Shown here: positions 9,204 to 18,252 of the stretch, piece by piece | Layout of the letters: each line of letters begins with the position of its first letter | Position numbering within the stretch: position 1 is the stretch's first letter | Assembly (NCBI GenBank): GCA_964503955.1 | Contig: CAZDCG010000001.1 | Coordinates: forward strand, 237,804-301,803 | Length of the DNA: 64,000 bases | Origin: an uncultured Gammaproteobacteria bacterium | GTDB taxonomy: Bacteria; Patescibacteriota; Patescibacteriia; VMEV01; CAYQCH01 | Direction of reading: 5' to 3' | Notes under the pieces: generated by a model | Seen by the model: only the letters and a program-made list of their open reading frames with translations | Told to the model about the DNA's origin: nothing | Database searches by the model: none | Position numbers and translations under genes: made by a program

Positions 9204-11489
9204 ATGGGAAAGAAGCTGGTCATTGTTGAGTCTCCCACCAAAGCCAAGACCATCAAGAAGTTTTTAGGCTCGGGATACGAGGTCGAATCTTCATTCGGGC
9301 ATGTTCGTGATTTGCCAAAAAGCAAGCTTGGCGTTGATGTGGAACATGGATTTACCCCCACCTATGTCGTTCCGGCTACCTCAAAGAAGCAGGTCACATC
9401 GCTGAAAAAACTGGCAAAAACCGCCGATGAAATTATTCTGGCGACTGACGAAGACCGCGAAGGAGAAGCCATCGCCTGGCATTTGCTTGAAGCGCTGCAA
9501 TTAAAGGATCAGCCCATTTCCCGCATCGTCTTTCACGAAATCACGAAAACAGCCATTGAAGAAGCTCTGGCTCATCCCCGCCAGATTGACCAGAACCTTG
9601 TTGATGCCCAGCAGGCCCGCCGCATCCTGGATCGCTTAGTCGGTTACCGGCTCTCTCCTCTGCTTTGGGAAAAAGTGCGCCGCGGGCTCTCTGCCGGCCG
9701 CGTGCAATCGGTCGCGGTACGCATGATTGTTGAACGCGAGCGCGAGCGGCAGGCTTTCAAGGTCGATGAATATTGGACTATTGATGCTGTTTTCAAAAAA
9801 GATCAGCAAACATTTGAAGCAAAGCTGGGGGCAATTGACGGCAAGAAACTTGATAAGCTCGCCATCGCCAATGAACAGGAGGCGAAAAAAATCCTCGAGG
9901 ATTTAAGCTCCGCCTCGTATCGTGTTGATGAAGTTGAAAAGAAACAGGCCAGCCGCAAGCCGCCGACTCCGTTTAAAACGTCGGTTCTTCAGCAGGAAGC
10001 CAATAATGTGCTTGGATTCAGCGCCAAGCAAACCATGACGCTCGCGCAAAAACTGTACGAAACCGGGTATATCACCTATATGCGTACGGATTCCCTCAAT
10101 TTGTCGGAAAAATTCCTGAATGAAGCGCAGGTCTTTATCAAGAATAACTACGGGGATGCTTATGCCAAAGGGCCTGTCCGCTACAGAACTTCAGGCAAAG
10201 GCGCGCAGGAAGCGCATGAAGCCATCCGCCCCACCGACGTAAACGCCCATCCTTCCCTGTTGCAAAAGAAGCTTGAGCGAGGCCAGTGGAAACTCTATGA
10301 CCTGATCTGGCGCCGATCGGTAGCCAGCCAGCTGCCAGCTGCCAAACTTGAACGCACCGGCATCAATATCAATGCCAAGAACTACACCTTCCGCGCCAAT
10401 GGCAGCACAGTTGTCTTTGACGGGTTCATGAAAGTGTATAAAGCAAGCAAAGAAACCCTTCTGCCAACGCTTCAAAAAGGCGATGCTGTTGAAGCAGAGT
10501 CCATCACGCCGGTCCAGCATTTTACTGAACCGCCCGCCCGCTATTCAGATGCGACCCTGGTCAAGGCGCTTGAAGAATACGGCATTGGCCGCCCTTCAAC
10601 ATACGCGCCTACGATTAGCACCATTATCAGCCGCGGCTATGTTGAACGAGACGACAACAAAAAGCTCTATCCGACCGACACCGCCTACATTGTCAATGAT
10701 TTGCTCGTGAATCATTTCCCCAAAATCGTTGATTTTGAATTCACCGCTACCATGGAAGCCTCGCTAGATGAAATAGCGGACGGCAAAATCGAAGCCACGC
10801 CAATGCTTGAAGCTTTCTACGGACCATTCAATGAAAATATCCAGGAAAAGTCTGAAGAGCTGAAACGAGAAGATATTCTTCCAGAACGCGAACTCGGCAT
10901 TGACCCGGAAACAGGCAAAACCATTCACGTAAAAACCGGCCGCTACGGAGCGTATATTCAGCTTGGCGAATGGGATGAAAAAGACCGCAAGGCAAAAAAG
11001 AACAAGCCAAAAAGCGTTTCTTTGCTGAAAGGCATGACCTTTGAAGGAGTCACGCTCCAACAGGCTCTTGATCTTCTCTCCCTGCCAAAAACGCTTGGCC
11101 AGACATCGGAGGGAGAGGATATTCAGTTGCTTATGGGACCATTCGGCCCATATCTGAAAGCCGGCAAAATGAATGTTTCTGCTCCGGCTGATGTAAACCC
11201 GCTTGAGCTTACGCCTGAAGAAGCCGTGCGCATTTTCACGGAAGGAGCCGAGAAAAAGAAAAAGATGATGGAACCTATTGCCACTCTTGGAGAAGATCCG
11301 GCAAGCGGTGGCGCGATCCTTGTAAAGCTGGGACGGTTCGGCCCGTATGTCACGGACGGCACCACCAATGTGTCCATTAAGAAGTCGATAGCTCCTGAAG
11401 AAGTCACGCATGAAATGGCCGTTGAAATGCTTGCAAAAAAACGGGCGGCAGGACCAAGCAAATTCAGACGGCGCAAGAAAACATCCTAG
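9204..11489 (+). CDS. topA: DNA topoisomerase I
   Basis: The Toprim N-terminus (LVIVESPTKAKTIKKFLG..GHVRDLP) and 761 aa of type IA topoisomerase domains. Confidence 0.9.
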   Translation: MGKKLVIVESPTKAKTIKKFLGSGYEVESSFGHVRDLPKSKLGVDVEHGFTPTYVVPATSKKQVTSLKKLAKTADEIILATDEDREGEAIAWHLLEALQLKDQPISRIVFHEITKTAIEEALAHPRQIDQNLVDAQQARRILDRLVGYRLSPLLWEKVRRGLSAGRVQSVAVRMIVERERERQAFKVDEYWTIDAVFKKDQQTFEAKLGAIDGKKLDKLAIANEQEAKKILEDLSSASYRVDEVEKKQASRKPPTPFKTSVLQQEANNVLGFSAKQTMTLAQKLYETGYITYMRTDSLNLSEKFLNEAQVFIKNNYGDAYAKGPVRYRTSGKGAQEAHEAIRPTDVNAHPSLLQKKLERGQWKLYDLIWRRSVASQLPAAKLERTGININAKNYTFRANGSTVVFDGFMKVYKASKETLLPTLQKGDAVEAESITPVQHFTEPPARYSDATLVKALEEYGIGRPSTYAPTISTIISRGYVERDDNKKLYPTDTAYIVNDLLVNHFPKIVDFEFTATMEASLDEIADGKIEATPMLEAFYGPFNENIQEKSEELKREDILPERELGIDPETGKTIHVKTGRYGAYIQLGEWDEKDRKAKKNKPKSVSLLKGMTFEGVTLQQALDLLSLPKTLGQTSEGEDIQLLMGPFGPYLKAGKMNVSAPADVNPLELTPEEAVRIFTEGAEKKKKMMEPIATLGEDPASGGAILVKLGRFGPYVTDGTTNVSIKKSIAPEEVTHEMAVEMLAKKRAAGPSKFRRRKKTS

Positions 11490-11517
11490 TGTCAAGTTTA
11501 CCTGACACGGCGTTTTT
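11489..11517 (+). terminator. first terminator after topA
   Basis: GTGTCA...TGACAC hairpin followed by GGCGTTTTT. Confidence 0.5.
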
Positions 11518-11536
11518 ACCGCTTGAAAAAGGAAAA

Positions 11537-11566
11537 GGCCCCTGTTATAGTGTACGGGCCTTTTTG
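11537..11566 (+). terminator. second terminator after topA
   Basis: GGCCCC-tgttatagtgta-CGGGCC followed by TTTTT. It overlaps the ORF-track start of the next gene, which argues for the downstream ATG. Confidence 0.55.
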
Positions 11567-11579
11567 TTTTCCTACGCAT

Positions 11580-13061
11580 ATGGCGGATGTTGAAAGTTTG
11601 TATCAACAGTTCATACAAACAGTCCGCAAACATAATCCGGACGCGGATTTTGCGCTTCTTGAAAAAGCGTTTCAATTCTCAAATGAATGCCACAAAGGGC
11701 AGATGAGGCAGAGCGGTGAACCGTATATCATCCACCCTACCCTTGTTGCGACAAATCTTGCCAGACTCAATATGGACTCGCCGGCTATTGCCGCGGGTCT
11801 TTTGCATGATGTGATTGAAGACACCGCCACCACGCCTGACCAGCTTGAAGAGTTGTTTGGCAAAAGCGTACGCGAACTCGTGGAAGGCGTTTCAAACCTG
11901 CGCCGCATCCGTTTCAGCAATAAAAGCCAGTACATCGAAAATCTGCGCAAAATGTTTGTTGCAACAGCCAAAGATATCCGCGTTATCATCATCCGTCTTT
12001 GCGACCGTCTGCACAATATGCAGACATTGGAGTATCTTACGGCCGAGCAGCAGCATCGTATCGCGCTTGAAACGCTTGAAATCTACGCCCCGATCGCCCA
12101 CCGGCTCCAAATGGGACAGCTTCGCGGCGAATTGGAAGACTGGGCATTTAAATATTTGCACCCGGAGGAGTACCGCTGGCTCTATAATGTCACTCGAAAG
12201 AATTTACAGGACAATGAAGTCCGCCTGAATCGTACCAGCGGACGCATCCGCGAATTGCTCGAACGCGAACAGATCCAGGTGGTCAATATTCAGAAGCGCA
12301 TCAAGTTTTTGTACAGCCTGTATAAAAAACTCCAGCGTTATGACAATGACCTATCGCGTATTTACGATGTCGTCGCGCTCCGCGTGATCGTCCCAAAGGT
12401 AGCTGACTGTTACGCGGCCCTAGGAATCATTCATCGTGAGTTCAAACCAGTGAAAGGACGTATCAAAGACTATATCGCCCGGCCGAAAACGAACGGCTAC
12501 ACGTCGCTGCATACCACCGTTATCATTGAAGAAGGACATATCATCGAAGTGCAAATACGCACCCCTGAAATGCATGAGAAAGCGGAATACGGTATCGCGG
12601 CCCATTGGCTGTACAAAGACGGCACGAATTCACAGCGCCCGATTGAAATCTCCTGGGTCAAGGAGCTGGCAAGACTCATCCAGGAAATTCGCGATCCGAA
12701 TGATTTTGAATCAATGAAGATCGATTTGTTCAATCACCGCATTTTCGTGCTGACCCCCCAGGGAGATGTGATCGATCTGCCTGAAGAAGCCACCCCGGTC
12801 GACTTTGCCTACCACATCCATACCGATGTCGGAAATCAAACAACCCGAGCCAAGGTCAACGGGGTTGTCCAGCCGCTTGATGCAAAACTGCAGAATGGAG
12901 ATATCGTGGAGATTATCACGGACAAGAAAAAAACCGGGCCGGATATCGAATGGCTCGATTTCGTCAAAACACATTTGGCTATATCAAAGATCAAATACTA
13001 TAACCGCAAACGTTTAGCGAAGTGGAGAGACAAGCTGCAACAGACAAAGAACTCCTCTTAA
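11580..13061 (+). CDS. rel: RelA/SpoT-family (p)ppGpp synthetase/hydrolase, short form (HD + synthetase + TGS, no C-terminal ACT/RRM)
   Basis: HD domain (HPTLVATNLARL..LLHDVIEDT), synthetase region (RIKDYIARPKTNGYTSLHTTV) and a TGS domain (VLTPQGDVIDLPEEATPVDFAYHIHTDVG). It ends after TGS at about 494 aa. Confidence 0.8.
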   Translation: MADVESLYQQFIQTVRKHNPDADFALLEKAFQFSNECHKGQMRQSGEPYIIHPTLVATNLARLNMDSPAIAAGLLHDVIEDTATTPDQLEELFGKSVRELVEGVSNLRRIRFSNKSQYIENLRKMFVATAKDIRVIIIRLCDRLHNMQTLEYLTAEQQHRIALETLEIYAPIAHRLQMGQLRGELEDWAFKYLHPEEYRWLYNVTRKNLQDNEVRLNRTSGRIRELLEREQIQVVNIQKRIKFLYSLYKKLQRYDNDLSRIYDVVALRVIVPKVADCYAALGIIHREFKPVKGRIKDYIARPKTNGYTSLHTTVIIEEGHIIEVQIRTPEMHEKAEYGIAAHWLYKDGTNSQRPIEISWVKELARLIQEIRDPNDFESMKIDLFNHRIFVLTPQGDVIDLPEEATPVDFAYHIHTDVGNQTTRAKVNGVVQPLDAKLQNGDIVEIITDKKKTGPDIEWLDFVKTHLAISKIKYYNRKRLAKWRDKLQQTKNSS

Positions 13062-15133
13062 GCTAATCCCTTGATACCTTCGTGCCGGGTCATCCCATCA
13101 CGAGGGATGGAAACATAAAACGTAGAACCTTCTCCTTCAACCGATTTGAACCAGATTTCACAACCGGCCTGCTCAAGCACTTTCTTTGTTGTATAAAGAC
13201 CAAGCCCCGTTCCCTCATGCGCAGACGTATTAGATGCCCTGAATAATCGGCTAAAAACCTTCTCCTGATCTTTTTTAGGGATGCCGATTCCCGTATCGGA
13301 TACCGTCAGTTGAATGTAATTGGCCACATGATGCATCCCTAAGACAATCTTACCTTGCTTGGGAGTGAATTTGACGGCATTCGAGATAAGATTACGAAGA
13401 ACCACTGACATAATTTGCGGGTCAACCAGAATCCCCCCAATAGAATCGTCAAACTCCTTCTTGACATTGATTTTTTTCTGCTTGATTTGCGGTATGAATT
13501 CAAGCAGCGTTTTTTCAAAAAGATGCTTTGCATCAACAATTTTAGGCTCAACGGCGATCGTTCCAAGATCGATGCGAGAAATATTCAACATCCCATTGAT
13601 AAGTTCATTCATCTTATCTGCAGCCATGATCATGGTTGATAACATGTCATGTTGCTTTGTTGATAATTTGCCGGCATCTCCATTGATCAACAAGTCTGCG
13701 TAACCACGAATCGCCGTAAGCGGCGTTCGCAGCTCATGTGAAGCAAGTGAAATGAATTCTTTGCGAAGTTTCGCCAGTTCACGTTCTTTTGTCACATCTC
13801 GAAATACCAGAATAGCTCCCCTCACCCGGCCTTCATCATCAAAGAGCGGCGCGCATGAATCAGCCACGGGCAACTGTGCCCCTGATCGTGTGATCAGGAG
13901 CGTGTCGTTTTCCATATCATGTTGTTTACCATACAACATGGTTTCTTCAATAAAGCGTATATTCTCCTGCTGGTCGTCTGCACGAACAAGTTTGAGGTAC
14001 TCTCGCAGCGGCCTGCCCAGCACTTCAGACGCTTTCCAGCCGCTGAGCTCCTCAGCCATATGATTCCATAAGGTGATATTCCAAAAACGATCAATGGCGC
14101 AAACACCGTCTCCAATGCCCTCCAAGTACACCTGATTTACCTGGCGGTATCCATCAAGCAAATTGACGAACCTGATAAGCAAATACGTGATGAGCAATGC
14201 GATCAGAGCAATCGTTGCATAGACCACCCCGAGATTTTTCAGTACATTTGTCCTGATCAGAAAAAAATCCTGATAGTGGGACAGGATCATCACTTTCCAG
14301 TCAAAACCCGGAACCGGTGCCCAGGACAAAAAAGCATCCGTATTCGACAATGGATTCCTCACCTGAACGCCGGAACCCTCCAAGTGAAGCCCAAGACTCT
14401 CAAGGCTAGCTGTAGCTGCCTCATTCAGAGAGGTCGATTTGTTTACTAATGCGTTATTTCCGTCGATATAGTAAAATTCTCCACTAAACGTTGCTTGCAG
14501 GGAAAAGCTTGCATCCGTCAAAACCTGGGGCAACATTTGAAAGACGAGGATACCAATGGGTTGAGCAAGGCTGTTTTTTATCGGGATGGCAACGGCAATC
14601 ACATCCTTCTGCGGCTCAGCGCCCCTTTCATAAATCGAGCTGACATATGGTTCCCAGTCCAGGCTCACCCCATGATACCATTCACGATGTGCATAGTTCT
14701 GCCCCACCCCGCCTCTCAGTAAAGGAAAAGCGGCAAGCTCATTACCCTCTGTATCCGTTAAAAAAATCCGGTCAATATACGGTGAATCGTTGACCAGCGG
14801 TGCCAGCTGGTTGGCCGCCTCCTCCCAACGTTGCTGCGTGACAAGGACATGAATAGCGGGATTAGCGGAAAGGATATCTGAACCCTGCGTAATAAGTTTT
14901 TCTAAATCTTCGCGCAAATGTCCGGCAAGGATGCGGACTTCATCTTCTTGCCGCTGAACTGTCAAATATGTGAGCTCTGTATATGCTGAATACAGACTGA
15001 ACACCGCAAGCAAAACAACGGGAGACAACCCGATCGTATAAAAAAAGACGTGAACCAGCCACTTGTATTTGCCGCGGGTCATCATCAAGGATGTAATGCG
15101 GTCAAGCAGGCTCTTTTTCATCATCCCCCTCAT
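13058..15133 (-). CDS. sensor histidine kinase (extracytoplasmic Cache-like sensor, PAS, HisKA, HATPase_c)
   Basis: Two TM segments flank a periplasmic sensor domain. H-box (LASHELRTPLTAIRGYADLL) and N/G-box ATPase motifs (NLISNAVKFT...DTGIGIP...GTGLGL). Confidence 0.85.
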   Translation of the reverse strand: MRGMMKKSLLDRITSLMMTRGKYKWLVHVFFYTIGLSPVVLLAVFSLYSAYTELTYLTVQRQEDEVRILAGHLREDLEKLITQGSDILSANPAIHVLVTQQRWEEAANQLAPLVNDSPYIDRIFLTDTEGNELAAFPLLRGGVGQNYAHREWYHGVSLDWEPYVSSIYERGAEPQKDVIAVAIPIKNSLAQPIGILVFQMLPQVLTDASFSLQATFSGEFYYIDGNNALVNKSTSLNEAATASLESLGLHLEGSGVQVRNPLSNTDAFLSWAPVPGFDWKVMILSHYQDFFLIRTNVLKNLGVVYATIALIALLITYLLIRFVNLLDGYRQVNQVYLEGIGDGVCAIDRFWNITLWNHMAEELSGWKASEVLGRPLREYLKLVRADDQQENIRFIEETMLYGKQHDMENDTLLITRSGAQLPVADSCAPLFDDEGRVRGAILVFRDVTKERELAKLRKEFISLASHELRTPLTAIRGYADLLINGDAGKLSTKQHDMLSTMIMAADKMNELINGMLNISRIDLGTIAVEPKIVDAKHLFEKTLLEFIPQIKQKKINVKKEFDDSIGGILVDPQIMSVVLRNLISNAVKFTPKQGKIVLGMHHVANYIQLTVSDTGIGIPKKDQEKVFSRLFRASNTSAHEGTGLGLYTTKKVLEQAGCEIWFKSVEGEGSTFYVSIPRDGMTRHEGIKGLA

Positions 15134-15140
15134 AGACTCA

Positions 15141-16040
15141 TTACGTCAGCTCGTTAAGCAGACGCTGCAATTCTTCACGGGAATAAAAGTGAATAGTGAT
15201 TTGTCCTTTCTCGCCCGTTTTTTTGATTTGCACCTTGGTCCCGAGCCGCTCACGCAGCATTTCTTCCTGGGCTTCCCGCACAGGATCAAAGCTCATACCG
15301 GAATTGGTTCGCTGGTGTTTCCTTACCGCACGCGTCGCCTGCTCAAGATCGCGCACGCTCAATTTATTTGAAAGTGCTTCCTGGGCATATTTTTTCTGCT
15401 CCTCTGAAGAATCAAGACTGGCCAGAACCTTCGCATGCCCTAAGGACAGCTTGCCCTCAGACACGGCTGTCTGAATATCAGCCGGCAAATCAAGCAGGCG
15501 CAGGATATTGGCAACCGTAGAGCGGCTTTTTCCAAGCCGTTTGGATACTTCTTCCTGCGTGAGATTGAATTCAGACATCAGGCGCTGATACGCCTGCGCT
15601 TCTTCAAGAGGGTTCAGGTCGGCGCGCTGGACATTTTCCACGATTGCAAGCGCCATTTTATCGTGTTCGCTTGCTTCCCTTACGATCGCCGGAACTTTTT
15701 TTAATCCCGCAAGCTTTGACGCGCGCAGACGACGTTCGCCGGCAATCAGCACATGCTTGCCTTGCGCATCCGCAGGCATAACAACCAGAGGCTGAAGAAC
15801 ACCATGTTCTTTGATGGATGATGTTAATTCCTCAAGCGCATGATGATCAAAATGTTTTCGCGGCTGGTGCGGGTTTGGCAAAATAAGATCAAGCGACACC
15901 TGATGCACCTGGTCTTTTGGATCGATTTGCTGCTCTGCCGCAATGGATGCTGGAGCAGACGAAGACCGCGAAGCAGCCGCTTCTGCCGGCTTATTTGGAA
16001 TAAGTGCTCCTAGTCCTTTGCCTAATCCTTTCATTGCCAT
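15141..16040 (-). CDS. parB: chromosome partitioning protein ParB (Spo0J)
   Basis: The ParB N-terminal box (PNPHQPRKHFDHHALEELTSSIKEHGVLQPLVV...GERRLRA) and an HTH. Confidence 0.85.
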   Translation of the reverse strand: MAMKGLGKGLGALIPNKPAEAAASRSSSAPASIAAEQQIDPKDQVHQVSLDLILPNPHQPRKHFDHHALEELTSSIKEHGVLQPLVVMPADAQGKHVLIAGERRLRASKLAGLKKVPAIVREASEHDKMALAIVENVQRADLNPLEEAQAYQRLMSEFNLTQEEVSKRLGKSRSTVANILRLLDLPADIQTAVSEGKLSLGHAKVLASLDSSEEQKKYAQEALSNKLSVRDLEQATRAVRKHQRTNSGMSFDPVREAQEEMLRERLGTKVQIKKTGEKGQITIHFYSREELQRLLNELT

Positions 16041-16042
16041 AC

Positions 16043-16807
16043 TTAAAATTGATGCGCTAAAAATTCTCTCGCCAGCCGGTCATAGGCTTTCGCCCCCTTT
16101 GAACGCGCGTCATATGCGAAGATGGAAATGCCATGGCTTGGCGCTTCCGTCAGACGCACATTGCGTGGAATCGCCGTGCGGTATACGTAATACGGAAAAT
16201 GCTGATATAACTCTTCAAGCACCTGCTGGGAGAGGCGGTTGCGTTTATCAAACATGGTAATCACCGCGCCGCGGACTTTGAGCTCGGGCTTGAGGTGCTG
16301 CTGGACAAGGCTGACGGTCTGCAAAAGCTGCCCTAGCCCTTCCAGGGCATAATACTCGGACTGCACGGGAATAAGGACCTCGTCGGAAGCGACAAGCGCG
16401 TTGACCGTGAGCAAGCCCAGTGCCGGCGGACAGTCGATGAGTACATAATCGTAGTCATTTCGTATTTCAAGAATCTGGCGAGCCAGCTGGAATTCGCGCT
16501 GTTCCATATCCGCCATTTCCACCGAAGCCCCGGCCAGATCCAAATTCGCCGGAGCCAGTTTGTAGCCATGATGCGTTGTTTGCATAATGACATCTCGAAA
16601 GGATTTCTGCCCGATCAAAACTTCATACATGCCATGCGATAAATTCCGGTAATCCACGCCCAGGCCTGATGTTGCGTTTGCCTGCGGATCAAGGTCAATC
16701 AGCAAAACAAATTTTCCAAGAGCAGCCAAAGCGGCCCCAAGATTCACCGCGGTTGTAGTCTTACCCACCCCGCCTTTCTGATTGACAATAGAGATCACGC
16801 GTCCCAT
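16043..16807 (-). CDS. parA: chromosome partitioning ATPase ParA (Soj)
   Basis: Deviant Walker A (KGGVGKTT) and the ParA/MinD fold. Its stop abuts the parB start. Confidence 0.85.
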   Translation of the reverse strand: MGRVISIVNQKGGVGKTTTAVNLGAALAALGKFVLLIDLDPQANATSGLGVDYRNLSHGMYEVLIGQKSFRDVIMQTTHHGYKLAPANLDLAGASVEMADMEQREFQLARQILEIRNDYDYVLIDCPPALGLLTVNALVASDEVLIPVQSEYYALEGLGQLLQTVSLVQQHLKPELKVRGAVITMFDKRNRLSQQVLEELYQHFPYYVYRTAIPRNVRLTEAPSHGISIFAYDARSKGAKAYDRLAREFLAHQF

Positions 16808-16962
16808 AGAGTAGGCTTTATTATACTTGAAAAGCGCGGCTTATACCAAATTCTGCTTTGACAAAAAACTGTGGATTTTGTAAAGTCCAAGCGACCTCAG
16901 CCAAAGAGCAGAGGTTTTTCTTTTCCGTCGGCCGCGGTGACGGAATCGTTTGTCATGACTGG

Positions 16963-17047
16963 TGGGCGAATGGCGGAACTGGTAGACGCGCACGACTCAA
17001 AATCGTGTGTCTTCGGACATGAGGGTTCGAGTCCCTCTTCGCCCACC
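16963..17047 (+). tRNA. tRNA-Leu (anticodon CAA), type II with long variable arm, CCA encoded
   Basis: Acceptor GGGCGAA/TTCGCCC, anticodon stem CACGA/TCGTG with loop CTCAAAA, variable arm GTGTCTTCGGACATG, T-arm GAGGG-TTCGAGT-CCCTC, then A + CCA. Confidence 0.8.
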
Positions 17048-17078
17048 AGTAATGATAAGCGCACGCCTGTCCGCCTCC

Positions 17079-17137
17079 GGCGGAACTCAAAATCGTGTGT
17101 CTTCGGACATGAGGGTTCGAGTCCCTCCCGCGCTACC
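17079..17137 (+). repeat. degenerate tandem copy of the 3' two-thirds of tRNA-Leu(CAA) (anticodon loop to CCA), possible integrase att scar
   Basis: GGCGGAACT followed by CAAAATCGTGTGTCTTCGGACATGAGGGTTCGAGTCCCTC is identical to the tRNA, but D-arm/anticodon 5' stem residues (GGTAGACGCGCACGA) are deleted and the acceptor 3' strand differs (CCGCGCTACCA). It lies 31 bp after the intact tRNA. Confidence 0.6.
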
Positions 17138-17215
17138 ACAAGGCGCTCGCAATTGCGAGCGTTTTGTTTTTGACAAAAGCTCAGCCTCCTCCTACTCTGC
17201 GATTTGGAGGAAGGC

Positions 17216-17767
17216 ATGAACAAAAATCAGGCTCGCGAACAGGCACGCTTGCTGCTTGGCCTTGGCGGAATGTACTGGGCTGTTGTTCAGGATCTTGCAG
17301 ACGGTCCACGCATGAAGATTCTGAATTTCTGCCACACCTTCCACGACTTTCTGGCTTGCGAGCGCCATCAGAAAAAAGGCGAACGGACATTAAACATCCT
17401 GCGCCGCAAGCTAAGTACCTGGAATCTTCGCCTTGGTATGTCCAGACCAGAAATCGAAGAACTGCTTGGCCCCTGTGCACATACCGGCAACCTCAGGCTC
17501 AAAGAGTACCTGAAGCGGCGCCCGGTCTCTGACCTGTATCAGAGCTGCATCAAGAGCATTCATGGCACCAAACGGAACATCGACCGAATGCTCTCGACGA
17601 AAGGGATCAATGATCTTTCAACGCTTTTGGCTATTCCCTACAAGAGGATGCGCTCCCACGACCGCTGGTGTATCCTGAAGATTCTTCTCCCGCTCAACCT
17701 GAATGTCGGGATGACAGCCGAAGAAATCCGGCTCGCGCTGGATTTGGAAAACGAAGAGGCCCGCTGA
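17216..17767 (+). CDS. hypothetical protein
   Basis: GGAGG ribosome-binding site 5 nt before ATG 17216. No recognisable domain. It lies between the two tRNA-remnant loci. Confidence 0.4.
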   Translation: MNKNQAREQARLLLGLGGMYWAVVQDLADGPRMKILNFCHTFHDFLACERHQKKGERTLNILRRKLSTWNLRLGMSRPEIEELLGPCAHTGNLRLKEYLKRRPVSDLYQSCIKSIHGTKRNIDRMLSTKGINDLSTLLAIPYKRMRSHDRWCILKILLPLNLNVGMTAEEIRLALDLENEEAR

Positions 17768-17927
17768 TGTGTTATCGCGGGCCTTCTTGCTTGCAAAATA
17801 TCTGAATTTATGATAGATTCGTTCATGAATGAAACGCGCGTTTCTCCTACGCCGTTTTTTGTTCACAAATATCTTATCGCTCATTTCTCCACGCATTTAA
17901 CCAGTTTAGCTGCATAAACTTGTTCAA

Positions 17928-18003
17928 CGCGGGGTAGAGAAATTGGCATCTCGCCAGGCCCATAACCTGGAGATTCCCGGTTCGAGTCCGGGCCCCGCAA
18001 CCA
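17928..18003 (+). tRNA. initiator tRNA-fMet (anticodon CAT), CCA encoded
   Basis: CGCGGGG...CCCCGCA-A-CCA with the C1:A72 mismatch typical of bacterial initiators. Anticodon loop CCCATAA, T-arm CCCGG-TTCGAGT-CCGGG. The D-arm is short (GAG/CTC). Confidence 0.7.
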
Positions 18004-18242
18004 AAAGTGCGCCACGACAAGTGGTGCATTTTTGATTGTGGGTGGACTCGCGGGGATGTTAAGGGGGCAGCGCCCCCTTATATTCCGGGGGTGACAGTGA
18101 ACCTGAGCTTGCGAAGGTGAACGCCAGAGGGGCGCAAGCCCCTATGGAGAGGTCGACGAATGAATTGAGTCGACCGAGAGTCCGGGCCCCGCAACCAAAA
18201 GACCGCCACGTAAGTGGTGGTTTTTTGATTGTGGGTGGACTA
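17984..18242 (+). repeat. two ~65-bp direct repeats (17984-18048 and 18178-18242, ~90% identical), each = last 20 nt of tRNA-fMet + terminator hairpin + GATTGTGGGTGGACT; the 130-bp spacer starts with CGCGGGGA
   Basis: Direct sequence comparison. Each copy carries a CCACG-nnn-AGTGG hairpin plus a T-run. The region between a second CGCGGGG and the second ...CCCCGCAACCA forms a tRNA-like frame holding a ~120-nt insert. Confidence 0.6.
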
Positions 18243-18252
18243 GAACCGGACA

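Noticed and set aside
10764-11675. 303-aa minus-strand ORF
   Set aside because: Antisense to topA and to the two topA terminators. F/R/K-rich, not protein-like.
15133-16900. Search for a parS centromere site near parAB
   Set aside because: No match to the TGTTTCACGTGAAACA-type palindrome was found by eye. GTTAACACGTTAAC at 46369-46382 is superficially similar but lacks the CACGTG core and is not a palindrome.
16871-17223. ORFs 16871-17173 (+) and 16897-17223 (-) with internal duplicated peptide SKSCVFGHEGSSPS
   Set aside because: They span tRNA-Leu(CAA) and its partial tandem copy. The peptide repeat is just the translated tRNA repeat.
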